DNA of 64,000 bases. Source: Octopus sinensis (Eukaryota). The notes beneath the pieces are model-generated. The model was given only the letters and a program-made list of their open reading frames with translations. It was not told where the DNA came from and made no database searches. Made by a program: the position numbers and the translations under genes. Shown here piece by piece: positions 14,064 through 27,774 of the stretch. How positions within the stretch are numbered: position 1 is the first letter of the stretch; each line of letters opens with the position of its first letter. The stretch spans positions 48,236,001 through 48,300,000 of the forward strand of contig NC_043013.1 in assembly GCF_006345805.1 (NCBI RefSeq), written 5' to 3'.

Positions 14064-15345
14064 TGTGTGTGTAAATCCTAAAGAGGGAGAGAGAGAAATT
14101 CACAAGCGTGTATTCATGTAACATGCACATATACTAATATACATAATTGCACGCGCACACACACACACACACACACACTCAAACTCACTCACAGAATGTT
14201 CCCCCCACACACACACACAGTCATACAGTCACACAAATGTACATACACACATATACACGTTAATAATTGCCGATGATATTGCAGTAAATAGCTATCACCT
14301 TGGTGACAACGCCCTATTACCCGGGAGAAAAATATGATAGTATGTTGTCGTATCTATGAACAAATCTTTGATTAAACTTCACCTTCATTAAATCAACGAG
14401 CATTTCTAGAATTATCCATGTAGGTGCCTTTTGTTGTTCATATTTCATTTCATTTTTATGAAATTGGAGAATTATTGAAAATTTTAACATGATTGGCAGA
14501 TTGTATAATGAATACAGAAAATAAAACCAATTTTTTTGAATAGTTCTTTTTAAGGAATAGAATATCCGAAAATGACATTTTATGAAGAATTCATATTTCT
14601 CCTTTTCAAAAGAATTCGATATAATTAATGAATATGTATGTGCCCACGTGATGGAAACCACAGCAATCTCAGAGTTTCATTAAGCAGATTTAAGTTATCA
14701 ATTAGGAATTATTAACTAGCTATTTCCTTTTAATTAGTGAGGCGCATTTTTATTTAGACAAGCTGAGAAACACTTATTTATTAATTTAGCTATTTATTTT
14801 CTCTTGGACATATGTATTGAAATATCGTTGTATATTACCTTCATCTGTGGAACCAACTGACAACCAACAACGTTTTCTTTCTGCTTGAAGACAATCAAGA
14901 GAAAGTTAAGTTTTATTTAGAATGGCAAAATGAAAAGCATTAATATTAATATTTATTAAAGAAGGGTGGGTGGATTGTGTGAGGGTGGAAATTATGTGAA
15001 GCATGTTGGAGAACGCCTTAATTTTAGCTGAGAAATCTGTGAGTGGTGAAAGAAGTAATTCTTATTTATAGAACGTGGAAAGGATGGTGCTATCTCAAAC
15101 TTAGTTATGTGTTAAGGAAAGAACAATTGCATTAAAATTTAGCAAATTCTCAGAGAATGGATGTCAGGATATTCTCTGCAGTCTAGTTTACTTTTCACAT
15201 TTCTGTGTTCGAATACTGTGCTAGATCGACTATTATCATGGATAAAGTTTGCATGTTTAGTATCTTAGCAACGGTAACTAAGGAAAATACTTATTCAAAC
15301 GTATAGAAAACATACAAAAGAAGTTAAAGTGACGGCCTCTATTTT

Positions 15346-15747
15346 CTCTCTTTTACTTGTTTCAGTCATTTGACTGTGGCCATGCGGAGCACCGCCTTTA
15401 GTCGAGCAAATCGACCCCGGGACTTATTCTTTGTAAGCCCAGTACTTATTCTATCGGTCTCTTTTGCCGAACCTGTAAGTGACGGGGACATAAACACACC
15501 AGCATCGGTTGTCAAGCAATGCTATAGGGGGGACAAACACAGACACACAAACACACACACACACATATATATATACATATATACGACGGGCTTCTTTCAG
15601 TTTCCGTCTACCAAATCCACTCACAAGGCTTTGGTCGGCCCGAGGCTTTAGTAGAAGACACTTTCCCAAGGTGCCACGCAGTGGGACTGAACCCGGAACC
15701 ATGTGGCTGGTAAGCAAGCTACTTACCACACAGCCACTCCTGCGCCT
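15346..15747 (-). mobile_element. SINE family A
   Basis: Reverse complement of the family A consensus, including the ACCTTGGG(A/C)AAGT CORE-like motif. Confidence 0.88.
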
Positions 15748-15789
15748 GGTCACTTTTTTTTTTAGAGTTCTTTTCATCAACCAATCCCA

Positions 15790-16378
15790 GCTATTTTTTC
15801 CAGGAACTTCTGTTGTGGCTACATGGAATTGATTTGTAGTCCCTTCTTGCGTAATTCTTCTTCATATCCTTTTTGTACTCCTTCCTTTGTTTTCCCTTTT
15901 TCCTCTGCTTTCAATACTCCCTCGTTCCTAACTCTCACTAGCAAGGTTTCCTTACTTTGGGCTAGGTATCTCATCAAGCTCTCGAGTTCGATACGCAGTC
16001 TTCCACACTTATCAGTCCCCTTCCTCCATCTGCTCTCTTCGTGTATAGGCGATCAGTGTCTGCACGCGGATGGTGGGCTCCATGCATCGTTAGGGAGCTT
16101 TCTTGACTTCCTGTCCATCTCGCTTAGCTCTTCCTCTATCCACTTCAGGATACGGCACTCTATCCAGCGCCATACCGAACTACTGCAACTGTGTGTGAGT
16201 TTATTGCCGAAATTATGTTTCTGCCATTCAGCTTTGAAGCCAATATTTTTCTCACTCGCCGCAGGTACTCTCTCTTTGTCTTTTCCTTCATGTCGTGGTG
16301 TTTGATTCCATCTACCTGAAGTATTCCCAAGTATTGATAATTGGAATGAGATCGAATTGCTTCCATCATTTCACCACT
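15790..16378 (-). mobile_element. R4/Dong-like LINE fragment (RT thumb region, second family)
   Basis: YQYLGILQVDGIKHHDMKEKTKREYLRRVRKILASKLNGRNIISAINSHTVAVVRYGAG aligns by eye with YKYLGINE..MKEKIRKECYRRVRAVLKSELNARNKVLAINSLAVPVVTY of the adjacent element. Confidence 0.8.
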
Positions 16379-16498
16379 TCTCCAGCAGAAAGGCCTAAGA
16401 CCGTCGACAAAACTCAAGGTCTACAAGGCTGCATTCACACGATATGATGGTCGCCATTTAATAGCTCTCACCAAAAATGTGTATTCCTTTATCGTAAA

Positions 16499-16545
<47 letters not shown>

Positions 16546-16546
<1 letters not shown>

Positions 16547-19500
16547 TTTTTTCTTTTCTTCTTTCAAATTTGATTCCATTTCTTGCCGAGTGTCTTCCCG
16601 ACTCCTAGGGCAAAGAAACTCATAGTATACATTGGTAGGCCATTAAACCAAACTCAATAGTTCGTTCATTTTTTTTTTTTTTTTAAATTTTTTTTAAGTT
16701 AAATTAAAATACATGAGCAGCAACAGTTCTCACATCGACAATGCTCTTCTCAATATGTGTGATGTACCAGTTAAGACAATCTTTTGCACTTCTTGCAGGG
16801 ATGGTAAGCCAGGGATCATTCTCATGTAATTTTCGGTTCCCTTCTTGATCATTCCTAGTGCTCCTACGATCACTGGTATTGTAACCGCCTTGAGATGCCA
16901 CATTTTCTCAATTTCAATGAGTAGGTCTTTATATTTTCTGAGCTTGTCAAACTCTTTCGCTGAGATATTATGATCACAGGGGATGCTCATGTCGATCAAT
17001 AAGCAAACTTTATTGTTTTGGTCTTTCACAACAATATCTGGTTTATTGACCTTGATGGTTCGGTCTGTATGTACTGGAAAGTCCCACAGAACGGTTACAT
17101 TTTCTCTTTCAGTTACAGCCTCAGGGTGGTGATTATACCACTTGTCGGCAGTTTTGATATTGTAATGCCGACTTATTAGCCACTGGAGATATTGGCCAAC
17201 TCTGTCATGTCTTAATTTATACTCCACTGGTGCTAAGACTTTACATCCAGAGATTAGGTGGTCCACTGTTTCAATCATGTCGTTGCAGAATCGGCATTTT
17301 GGGTCTGCTCCATTTTTCATCACATTGGCCTGGTAGTTCCGGGTTAATAGGCTTTGATCTTGAGCAGCCAGGATGAAACCTTCGCTCTCTGCTTTTAGCC
17401 CTGAGCTCCGTAGCCACTGATGGGTTTGTTTCTGGTCAACATCAGCTTGTTTGCTGCGGTCACATATTTGCCGTGCAGAGGTTTCTCCTCCCACCTATCA
17501 GCCAATTGCTCGTGCGCTTTTTTCATTGCCATCATTTTCACCTTCTTTGCAACAATAGTTGCCGTACTTCCCTCGGGTTGTTCAGTTTGGGTATCCTGCA
17601 CGAGATCAATAGCAAATTTTTTGCTTTCCTTTATGATAGAATGAAGCTTCTTTCGTCTCTCGTGATTTTCCACGAGCTTTAGCATCCAGTCATTCGATAT
17701 TTCGAGATATTTGGCCAGTCCAATTGTGGTTGTTTTGTAAGCTAGTTCAAATTGGATCAGGCCTCGACCTCCTTGGGCTCTGGGAAGGTAAAGGCGATCA
17801 ACGTCTGCCTTTGGGTGGTGCATCCTATTACAACCCAGCAGCTTGCGTACTTTCCTATCTATATTCTTTACTTCACTCATATTCCAGTTCAACACATTGT
17901 AGCTATAAGTAACAACTGGAACTGCTAAGGAATTTATAGCTAACACCTTGTTACGTGCATTTAGTTCAGATTTCAGGACTGCACGAACTCTCCTATAACA
18001 TTCCTTCCTGATCTTCTCTTTCATGCTTGCATGCTGAATACCAAAGCCTTCATTTATCCCTAAATATTTGTATGTTTGTTCTTGCTCAAGCTCTCTTATG
18101 ACTGTGTCAACATCTAACACGACTGAATTTGTGGTCTTCGCTTTCCCTTTCTGGAAAGTGGCCTTGGCACACTTCTCAAGTCCAAACTCCATCCCGATGT
18201 CATCGCTGAATGCTTTCACGGTGCGTAATAGGCCTTCAAGTTCATTATTGTCTTTACCATAAAGTTTTAAGTCATCCATATAAAATAGATGGCTTATTTT
18301 TTTATTGGCAATTTTATACCCATACCCTGTTCTGTTTAATTCACTTGTAAGGGGTATTAGGGCTATGCAGAATATTAAAGGTGAAAGTGAGTCACCTTGA
18401 AAAATTCCACAGTTGATGTTTATATTTTCTGAGGCAAGTACTCCATTAGAGTGGTATAATTGGAGATTCGTATTCCACAACGACATATTGTGCTTCAGGA
18501 AGTTTGAAATCACAGGGGAAATTTTGAAGATGTCCAGCGATCTCAAGATCCATGGATGCGGTATACTGTCGAAGGCCTTTTTATAGTCAATCCATGCGGT
18601 GCTGAGATTTCTGCGCTTGTTATGACAGTTCTCAAGGATCATACGATTGATTAGCAGTTGATCTTTGCATCCGTAAGAGCCTCGGCGGCACCCTTTTTGT
18701 TCAATGGGGAAATATCGTTCTTCTCCATGAATGCATATGTTTTCTCCGCCAGGATAGATGTTAGGATTTTATACGTGGTGGATAGACAGGTTATAGACCG
18801 ATAGTTTTTTGGAAGGTTGGTTTCGTTATTCTTTGGGAGTAGGTAAGTAATGCCACTTGTGTTTTCTTTGGGTCTCTCATAATTCCATTGAGCAGCTGAA
18901 CTAGCTTACCGTGTGCGCATGGGAGCGATGCGAGCCAGAAATTCGGCACCCTATCTTTACCGGGGGATTTCCAATTATGGGCCTTCGTGAGTGCCTTTCT
19001 TAGGTCTGCTATTGTGATGTCTTCCCATGCTTGTTGTTGCAAATTTTGGTAGGATCCTTCAGTTTGTATAATCCAGTCTGCATTTATGTTGTACGTCTTC
19101 TTGTCACTCCAAATCCTCTTCCAAAAGTTTTGAACTTCTTCCATGGGAGGGGGGTCTTTAACGGTTACTTTCTCCTTCCCTATTTCTCTGTAGAATTTTT
19201 TGGCATTGGATGTGAACAGCTTATTTTGCTTGTAAAACTTGTTTCTCTTCTCAAATCTTCGTATTCTTTGGGCTTTTGCTTGGACTTTTTGTTTCAGCGT
19301 TTCTTTTATTGATATCAGTTCTTCTCTTGGTGAGGATCCAAATTTTCTCTTCATCTTTCTTCCTGTTCTGGATCTTACATCATTTCCACATATTAGTTCA
19401 TTTAATATTGATATTTCCCCTCTCATAAATTCAATCTCTTTTTCAATTTTACTTCTCCAGGTTTGATTTCTTCCCAGGTTTTGTTTTCTTTGTTTTTTCG

Positions 19501-20510
19501 GGGGCATACAGCTGGTTTCAATTGCCCTAGCAGAAGCGTAAATAATTTCATTTAACTCAGTAAAATCAGGTTTTAATTCTCGTATTATTTCATTTGTTAC
19601 ATAGTTGCCAATTTGGATTTGTTTTTTATTTTGGTTTGTATTTGAGAGTTTATGAAGTGGTTCTCTATCATTCATACTTGTATGTCTTACAACTTCAAGC
19701 GTATTCAGGATTTTCTGCCTCATTTCTGCCATAGATTCTCTGTGTTCTTCAGCAAATGCGAGATCTTCAGTTACTGTTGTTTTTTCGTTTTCCTGGCTAT
19801 CTTTAACAGGTACAATAGAATTTCTTGTATCTTCATGCCTTTGCGTACTTTGGTCAGATGGCAGTCTTTCAATTAAGCCTCGTGGCGGGCTATACTGTTC
19901 ATTTGATTCTTCATTTCCTTTGTGTCTTATATTTATGTCATTTTCCGTTGCGTGCTTGATCGCGCTTATTTCACTGTCTGTGAGTCTGTTATTTCTAAGG
20001 ATATCCCTCCTCACATTTGCTAATTTGTTCTCGTCCAAATAGGGCCTACTGTCTTGATTCCGTGTTCTCCATATACTGTAAGAGTTTGCGGTGTGTCTCT
20101 CTTGAGATGGCCTACCTAATGCATAGTAATAAGCGTATATTACTTCTTTATACTCTTCTCGGGTCCATTTGTTCCGCTTACATCTTTCTGTGGTGGTTGT
20201 GGTGGTGAACTTGGAGGGCTCGAGTTGGGGGATTTCCCGTTCAAGTGACCATCCATGTCCGTATTCGGAGAAGAGTTTGTGCCAGTTGATGACTTTTCGA
20301 TCCCAGGCTGGCTCTTCCCTGGGGGACGCGCTTCCAGATTAACCATAGGACAAGCGATTTGGTATACTGATTTAGTTTTCCTTTTAGTTTCCAAAAACAT
20401 TTTGGTGCTACGATAATGTTATCATTTTTTAGCTTTGATTGGCTCGTGGGGAGACGGCCATCATTGCCGTTACAATTATAATCGTACCATTATAGCAGCC
20501 GTAGTCGGCT
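16546..20510 (-). mobile_element. Near-full-length R4/Dong-clade non-LTR retrotransposon (Myb-like N-terminus, RT, CCHC zinc knuckle, restriction-like endonuclease), frameshifted
   Basis: KWTREEYKEVIYAYYYA..ENKLANVRRDI (N-terminus); NWKSPGKDRVPNFW, NYRPITCL, WIDYKKAFDS, GIFQGDSLSP, YMDDLKLYG (RT); CRFC..ETVDHLISGC, RHD, KPDIVV..LIDMSIP..K..KY.DL (RLE). Flanked by (TTA)n at 16501-16545 and a TTA/TCA tract from 20511. Confidence 0.93.
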
Positions 20511-20879
20511 TATTATTGTTATTATCATCACCATCATTATCACTATCACCATTATCACCACCATCATCATCATCATCATCATCATCACCATCACCATCAC
20601 CATCACCACCATCATCATCAATGATATTGTTTTATGTGTAGTCACAGCAGTATCTTATTATTGTTATTTTTGTTTTTTATCATTATCACCATCACAGTAG
20701 TGTCTGTCTGTCTCGTTGGCTGGCTTGGTGGTTGGCTGGCTTGGTGGTTGGCTGGCTGACTGTCTTCAACGCCAGAGTTCTTGCCAGTCAAATAATACTT
20801 TCATATTTGGTTAACAATAGAGCCGAGGTGAGGTTTGTGTTGGTTGAATTCTTTGAGTGTGTGTGTGTGTGTGTAGATA

Positions 20880-20881
20880 GA

Positions 20882-20971
<90 letters not shown>

Positions 20972-20999
20972 CATTATTATTATTATTATTATCATTATA

Positions 21000-21032
<33 letters not shown>

Positions 21033-21174
21033 GAGTGAGAGAGCATTCATGCCATCAAAGTGACACTGGGGTAAAATATACGAAGCCCAATATACCCATC
21101 ATGACTACCCGTCTGATAAAGGTACACCATTATTATTATTATTTATTATTATTATTATTATATTATTATTATTA

Positions 21175-21220
<46 letters not shown>

Positions 21221-21231
21221 CATTATTATTA

Positions 21232-21315
<84 letters not shown>

Positions 21316-21325
21316 CATTATATTA

Positions 21326-21362
<37 letters not shown>

Positions 21363-21502
21363 CACGTGCTTTCACTGCACTACCGAGCACAGCTCTGTAT
21401 GCCTTGGGTATATGCTGTGGTTTGTTGTGATGCTCTTATTATTATTACTATTATTATTATTATTATTATTATTATCATCATCATTATTATTATTATTATT
21501 AC

Positions 21503-21551
<49 letters not shown>

Positions 21552-21552
21552 A
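20880..21552. repeat. (ATT)n microsatellite with two embedded retroelement 3'-end fragments (21033-21129, 21361-21437)
   Basis: 21361-21437 is the reverse complement of the Dong 3'UTR at ~36040-36115; 21033-21129 is the reverse complement of the element X end at 30625-30721. Confidence 0.85.
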
Positions 21553-21769
21553 CTCTTAACAGACAGACACTATACATTCGGTTAGGCTTGTAGACATATA
21601 CAGGTTTCAGCAATTTGTATCACTCTAATAACATTCTAATAACATTCTTTTACATATTTACATTTTTTTTATAACTCAAGAAGAACGTTAATTGCAACTA
21701 TCTAACCAGTTCTAAGTTGGGTTAGGAATATATGTACACTCTTTCCTCCATAACCAAACCAATAAAAAT

Positions 21770-21925
21770 GTGTGTGCAGTAAGTAGCTTGCTTCCCAACC
21801 ACATGGTTCTGGGTTCAGTCCCACTGCGTGCTACTTTGGACAAGTGTCTTCTACTATAGCCTCGGGCCTACTGAAAGCCTTGTGAGTGGATTTGGTTGAT
21901 GGAAACTGAAAGAAACCCGTCGTAT
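21770..21925 (+). mobile_element. SINE family A, 5' half
   Basis: Matches the family A head up to the (TG)n tract. Confidence 0.75.
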
Positions 21926-21926
21926 G

Positions 21927-21974
<48 letters not shown>

Positions 21975-21990
21975 TGTGTGTGTGCGTGTA

Positions 21991-22021
<31 letters not shown>

Positions 22022-22989
22022 TGTGTGTGTGTGTGTGTGCGCGTGCGTGTATGTGTGTTTTGTCAAAACGGCACAAATCCTAGATACTAAAAAATCTCAG
22101 CTCCAGTCTCATGATTTGAACTCACGATACTTTGCGTGCATAACTTCTTTTTTTTTTCTTTCTCCTGCTAACCATTTCCCATGCCATACGCACATCATTA
22201 TTTACAGTGGGCGACTGATTTAACCCACTCCGAAGCTCATAGACTATACTTGGCATCAACAAGTGGGAATTACTCAGGGGAAATATCTAAAACTCCTAAA
22301 AGATTTTCAGTTTGCTGCCTTACACTTAGCACTGATATCGGGTCTCTCGAATCAAGTTATTCACAAACTTTATCAAACAAATCTGATATCTATGACAACA
22401 GTTTATCGTGGTTTAGATAAAACAAAACTTTTCATTAATAATGACACAACAAACAAAAGTTCTTTCCTTTATCCATACATTAACAAATCTTTAGAAATTC
22501 AAAGCTGACATGAACAGCCAAGTTCGTAGTTGTTTTATCTTTGAATAAATTGTTCTTATGTTCGAAATCAGATGACAGGCTAACAGTAGGATTCTCTCCT
22601 ATTCAATAGATTTTTATTAAAGTTTATCTTATGTACTGCATATTCTTCGGTTCCAGGAATATATTGTCTACGGTAATTAGCTGCGTACTTGAAATAAAAG
22701 GCAAGTAGCTGCTCATCAGTAAATAAAGTCTCTGGCAAGATGTAAGTTATCGCTTCAGTCACGCTATTTGGAATTCGGATAAAAGTGTTTTCAATGAGTG
22801 CTACCAGTAAACGTGTGTTTGTCAATTGATGTGGATCATTGTAGGTATTTATGATTGAATGCGGTGGGGAAAGGGCAGTGCGAGGGAGATAATATTGCAT
22901 CACAGATATAATGGGATGAAAATGTATGAAATGAATGCGCTCGCACACATTCACATGTATATAGACAGGCGTACATAAATACACACAAG

Positions 22990-22992
22990 CAT

Positions 22993-23051
<59 letters not shown>

Positions 23052-23120
23052 GCATGTATATATATACATACATATTATATATATATATATATATATAATA
23101 TATATATTATATGTGTGTTG

Positions 23121-23208
<88 letters not shown>

Positions 23209-23545
23209 CATACATATATATATATATACATACATACAAATATATATATACATATTATAGATACATACATACAATATATATTACATATATATATATATTA
23301 TATATATACATATATATATATATACATACATACAATATATATATACATATATATTATATATAATATATATACATACATACATATACATACATATATATAT
23401 GTGTATATATATGTATGTATGTATATATATACATACATATATACATATATATATACATAATATACACATATATATATATATATACATTATATATAATATA
23501 TATACATATATATATACACACATATATATACATATATATATATAT

Positions 23546-23578
<33 letters not shown>

Positions 23579-23625
23579 TATATATACATATATATATATA
23601 TATATATGGATATATATATACATGC
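22990..23625. repeat. (TA)n/(TATACA) microsatellite
   Basis: Direct reading. Confidence 0.95.
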
Positions 23626-24015
23626 ATGCATACATGCATGCAAGCATGCGTGCGTGCATGCATGTATACTTTTACATTTATACGTATACAAATGCACACA
23701 AGGAGTCTGAATGTGTGAATATCTTTGAAAATCGATTCTAATTAAAACGATATTTATTTTGGCGAACTTCAAAGAGGTGATTCCTGTCTATTAGTGCAGG
23801 TGAAAGTTGCTGAAATGTTAAAGCTGCCAGAGAGTGTAAGAGTTTGAACCATGAAATGTGCCCAAGCACCTTTGATTGGGGTGATCACTACTATGTACAT
23901 GGGTGTGTGTGTGTGTGGAGAGAGAGGAAGAGAGAGTGACAAACAGACTGACGGAGATGTTGAATGTGTGTGTACGTGTTGTAATAACAGATAGATAGAT
24001 AGATGGATAGATAGA

Positions 24016-24060
<45 letters not shown>

Positions 24061-24478
24061 GGTCGGACGGACGAACCGACGGGCGGGTGGACAGATGGAT
24101 GGATGGATGGATATATACATACATACATATATGCACACATACATTTACGTTAAATATTACTTTATCTAAATATACGACTATTCCTAATGATGCATTAAAT
24201 TAATTAAACGCTTCCATGTAATCTACCGGGGATTTTAGTGTTCCTTCTTCGATTCACGTTCTAACACAGAGTTGGTGTTATCGTTGATGTCATTTTAGAC
24301 AAACTTATTACAACATTTCTCACTAAAAATTTTAACAAATTCAGGTCCAGATACTCATCCGGCGGCCCATGTTAGACTTGCTCCAGGCATATCTGCAAAT
24401 GACAAATGACTATGCTCAAGGTCGAATTCATGGCACCTATACATGTATATATAGCCATACAAATGCGTGTGTCTATGT

Positions 24479-24696
24479 CAGTGGTTTTCAACCAGGGTTC
24501 CGCGGAACCTTAGGGTTCCGCCAGTACAGTCCAGGGGTTCCGCAAGAAGTTACAAAAATGCTAAAATCGGCAGTAATTTTTAATTCTCCTGTGCAGATAT
24601 GTGTGCATAAGACCATTAAATTATTGCATAGGGGTTCCTCGAGCCAGTGGAATGTTTCCTTGGGGTTCCGCTCAAGCAAAAGTTTGAAAAGCACTG
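24479..24696. mobile_element. hAT (Charlie/Buster-like) MITE
   Basis: TIR CAGTG(G/C)TTTTCAA; perfect 8-bp TSD GTCTATGT at 24471-24478 and 24697-24704; internal GGGTTCC repeats. Confidence 0.9.
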
Positions 24697-24777
24697 GTCT
24701 ATGTATATGCATGTGTGTCCTGTGACCATCATTCTCCACTTTCCTCTTCCCTCTCCCCTTTATCTCTCAAACAATCT

Positions 24778-25033
24778 ATACATACATACACACACACATA
24801 CATACATACACATACATATATACATACATACACACACACATACATACATACATACATACATACATACACACACACATACATACATACATACATACATACA
24901 TACATACATACATACATACACACACATACATACATACATACATACATACATACATACACACACACACATACATACATACATACATACATACAACACACAT
25001 ACACATACATACATACACACATACATACATACA

Positions 25034-25067
<34 letters not shown>

Positions 25068-25193
25068 CATACATACATACATACATACATTCATACACAT
25101 ACATACATACATACATACATACATACATCATACATACATACATACATACACACATACATACATACATACATACAACATACATACATACATACA

Positions 25194-25229
<36 letters not shown>

Positions 25230-25300
25230 TATATATAATATATATATATATATTATATATATATATATAATATATATATATTATATATATATATATATAT
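24778..25300. repeat. (TACA)n/(TA)n microsatellite
   Basis: Direct reading. Confidence 0.95.
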
Positions 25301-25654
25301 AGCAATAATAATTCTCTAAAAGAGATATAGACAGTAACTGCTCGATAACATAAGGGACTAAAGCCATCTGAATATGGCTAGGGACAGGGCAGGGTGGTGG
25401 GGTGTTACTGTTGCATTTAGCCCCAGGCGAACATCGACGTCGCCAGATAGGCTTGACACCATCACCGTATAATAAATATTAGGGAATAAATCCAAATTTA
25501 CAGGGAAAAATCAGATTTAGGAGTGAATCCAATTTTATAGTAAAATATTATATAATATTAATTAGAGACAAAACCACTATTATGCAAATCAAACAAAGAA
25601 AGACTTAATCCAATACATAAAAAATTTTATATAAATTAAATAAAATTAAGTTAT

Positions 25655-25700
25655 CCACTACAATTGTTTCTTGTCACTTCTAAGGACATTCATCAGGTGG
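25655..25700 (-). ncRNA. Minimal type I hammerhead ribozyme motif
   Basis: Minus strand reads CCAC-CUGAUGA-a-UGUC-cuuagaagu-GACA-a-GAAA-CAAUUG-UA-GUGG: intact core, 4-bp stem I, palindromic stem III, GUA cleavage triplet. Confidence 0.65.
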
Positions 25701-25918
25701 TTTTCAGACCTTCTATTCAATTTTAAATTAATATATACGTATATATTATGTACACACATACAGACACGCGCACACACACACACACGCACGCATGCACACA
25801 CACGTATGTCTTTCAACTTTTATTTGTTTGGGCACCGCCTTCAAGGATTTTTAGTCGAACGAATCAACCCCAGTAGTTTTTTTATAAGCCTGGTACCTAT
25901 TTTATCGGTCTCTTTTGG

Positions 25919-25983
<65 letters not shown>

Positions 25984-26424
25984 CCAAATAAGCAACAAGT
26001 ATATCTTCGGTAATTTGGTACGATCGTTTAATGCCACTTCATTTTATTAAACATTGTAAGTATCACATCAGTTTTAAAATGTTGACCAATCTTCAGCCAT
26101 TTATAGAAGTCTCCCATCAAACGGACAATGCATATACTTATTTCCATTTAGTTTGCCAACATTATAAAGAAGGTAGATATACAGACAGAGAGGTCGATTT
26201 GATTGTTAAGAACATGATAGTATTAAAATTTACCTTCTGACTATCGATTTTTTCCTTTAGTTATTTAGATCTGTTAGTGGGGATGGAGGGATTTTCGATT
26301 GGATGGAGACAAAGAATTTTTCTATTTATAGATATAGGAAGGGGTAAAACAAATGTCAAAAGTTATTCATGTTGAAGTTGAAGTGGTAGGGGTATTATAG
26401 GTTATTAATGTCTTAGAGTTATAA

Positions 26425-26819
26425 TCTTTATATATAAAAGTGAGGTTGTGTGCTGTCTGGCTCCTACGATTTAGATTCCTAACTACTCCCACATTTTGCG
26501 GTGCAGTTTAACCAAAACCGGGTATCTTATAGTCGTGATTCATATCGAGCCCTTCTGTGTATTAACGCGCGTCAACGATGAGTCTACGATTTTAAAAATA
26601 ATTTATCCTCATTGTTTTCCATTTTAATGCATTTTTCGCTATAAGGGAAGTAACTCTCTAAAAATGTCTACGATGAGTCAACGATTTAAAAAAAAAAATT
26701 ACCATCATTTTTTCCCATTTTGAATGCATTTTTTTGCTATTTTTTGGTTATAACTCTCTAAAAATGCTTATATAGTTATTTCCCTTACAAACCCGAGCAA
26801 CGCCGGGCGATACTGCTAG
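26425..26819 (+). mobile_element. Non-autonomous Helitron
   Basis: A|TC..CTAG|T termini with no TSD; subterminal hairpin CCCGAGCAACGCCGGG; second copy at 44179-44614. Confidence 0.9.
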
Positions 26820-26820
26820 T

Positions 26821-27052
26821 AACCTATAATTCAATAATAAATCTCTGAACGAGATGTAAACAGTAACTGCTCGACAACGTAAAGTATACTAGCCATCTCA
26901 ATATGGCTAACCATTAAGGGTGGGTGTTACTGTAGCTTATAGCCCCAGGAGATCATCGTCTCCAGTGTGTCTAAAGCTAGCTGGAAACGATGATCTCCTG
27001 GGGCTAAAAGCTACAGTAACACCCACCTTAGTGGTTAGCCAACCTATAATTC
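26821..27052. mobile_element. Insertion with 12-bp TSD and ~60-bp inverted repeat
   Basis: AACCTATAATTC at 26821 and 27041; arms 26905-26965 and 26981-27040; a related copy without the inversion lies at ~25305-25450. Confidence 0.75.
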
Positions 27053-27391
27053 GCCCATGCTTTATCCCCTATCACGAGATCGGAAGAAAAAGTGCTTCCA
27101 CTGGCTTCAAATGCAGACTTTCGCCCTTCTCTCATATGAATCGGGTGTCAGCTATCAAGATACTCACACATTCTGATACCAAAATATCCCCCCACGATCC
27201 TCTTTAATGCTTTCTGACGACAATCTAGCTGTACAGCAAACTCCCGCATTTTGACTCATCGATGCACGTGAATCATTCAGTCCACTCTCTGGCGATTTGT
27301 GACAGTGATCGGGGCTGATCGAATCCCACTAAATGGCTCACTTTCAACGCTGATTTCATTGAAACTTTTGCATTTATATGTATACGTTACT

Positions 27392-27491
27392 NNNNNNNNN
27401 NNNNNNNNNNNNNNNNNNNNNNNNNNNNNNNNNNNNNNNNNNNNNNNNNNNNNNNNNNNNNNNNNNNNNNNNNNNNNNNNNNNNNNNNNNN
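27392..27491. other. Assembly gap (100 N)
   Basis: Run of N. Confidence 1.
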
Positions 27492-27523
27492 GCTTCTTAC
27501 GACACAGCACTCTTGGCCTATAG

Positions 27524-27564
<41 letters not shown>

Positions 27565-27598
27565 TATGATATATATATATATACCATATATAGTATAT

Positions 27599-27658
<60 letters not shown>

Positions 27659-27774
27659 ATATATAATTTAAATAATGAGGGAGATAAAGAATATTAATTT
27701 AATTTATAACAATTTAAAACCAGTAGCCTAGCATACAAAAATCTGAAAAATCTCTGATTTTATATATATATATA

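Noticed and set aside
14317-14661. 114-aa minus-strand ORF
   Set aside because: AT-rich with no recognisable motif.
20400-20510. Possible HDV-like ribozyme at the Dong 5' end
   Set aside because: Hairpins are present, but no consistent P1/P1.1/P2 nesting could be built.
22580-22984. 134-aa minus-strand ORF ending NLLNRRE, faintly like a GIY-YIG C-terminus
   Set aside because: YIG and Cys motifs are missing, so support is insufficient.
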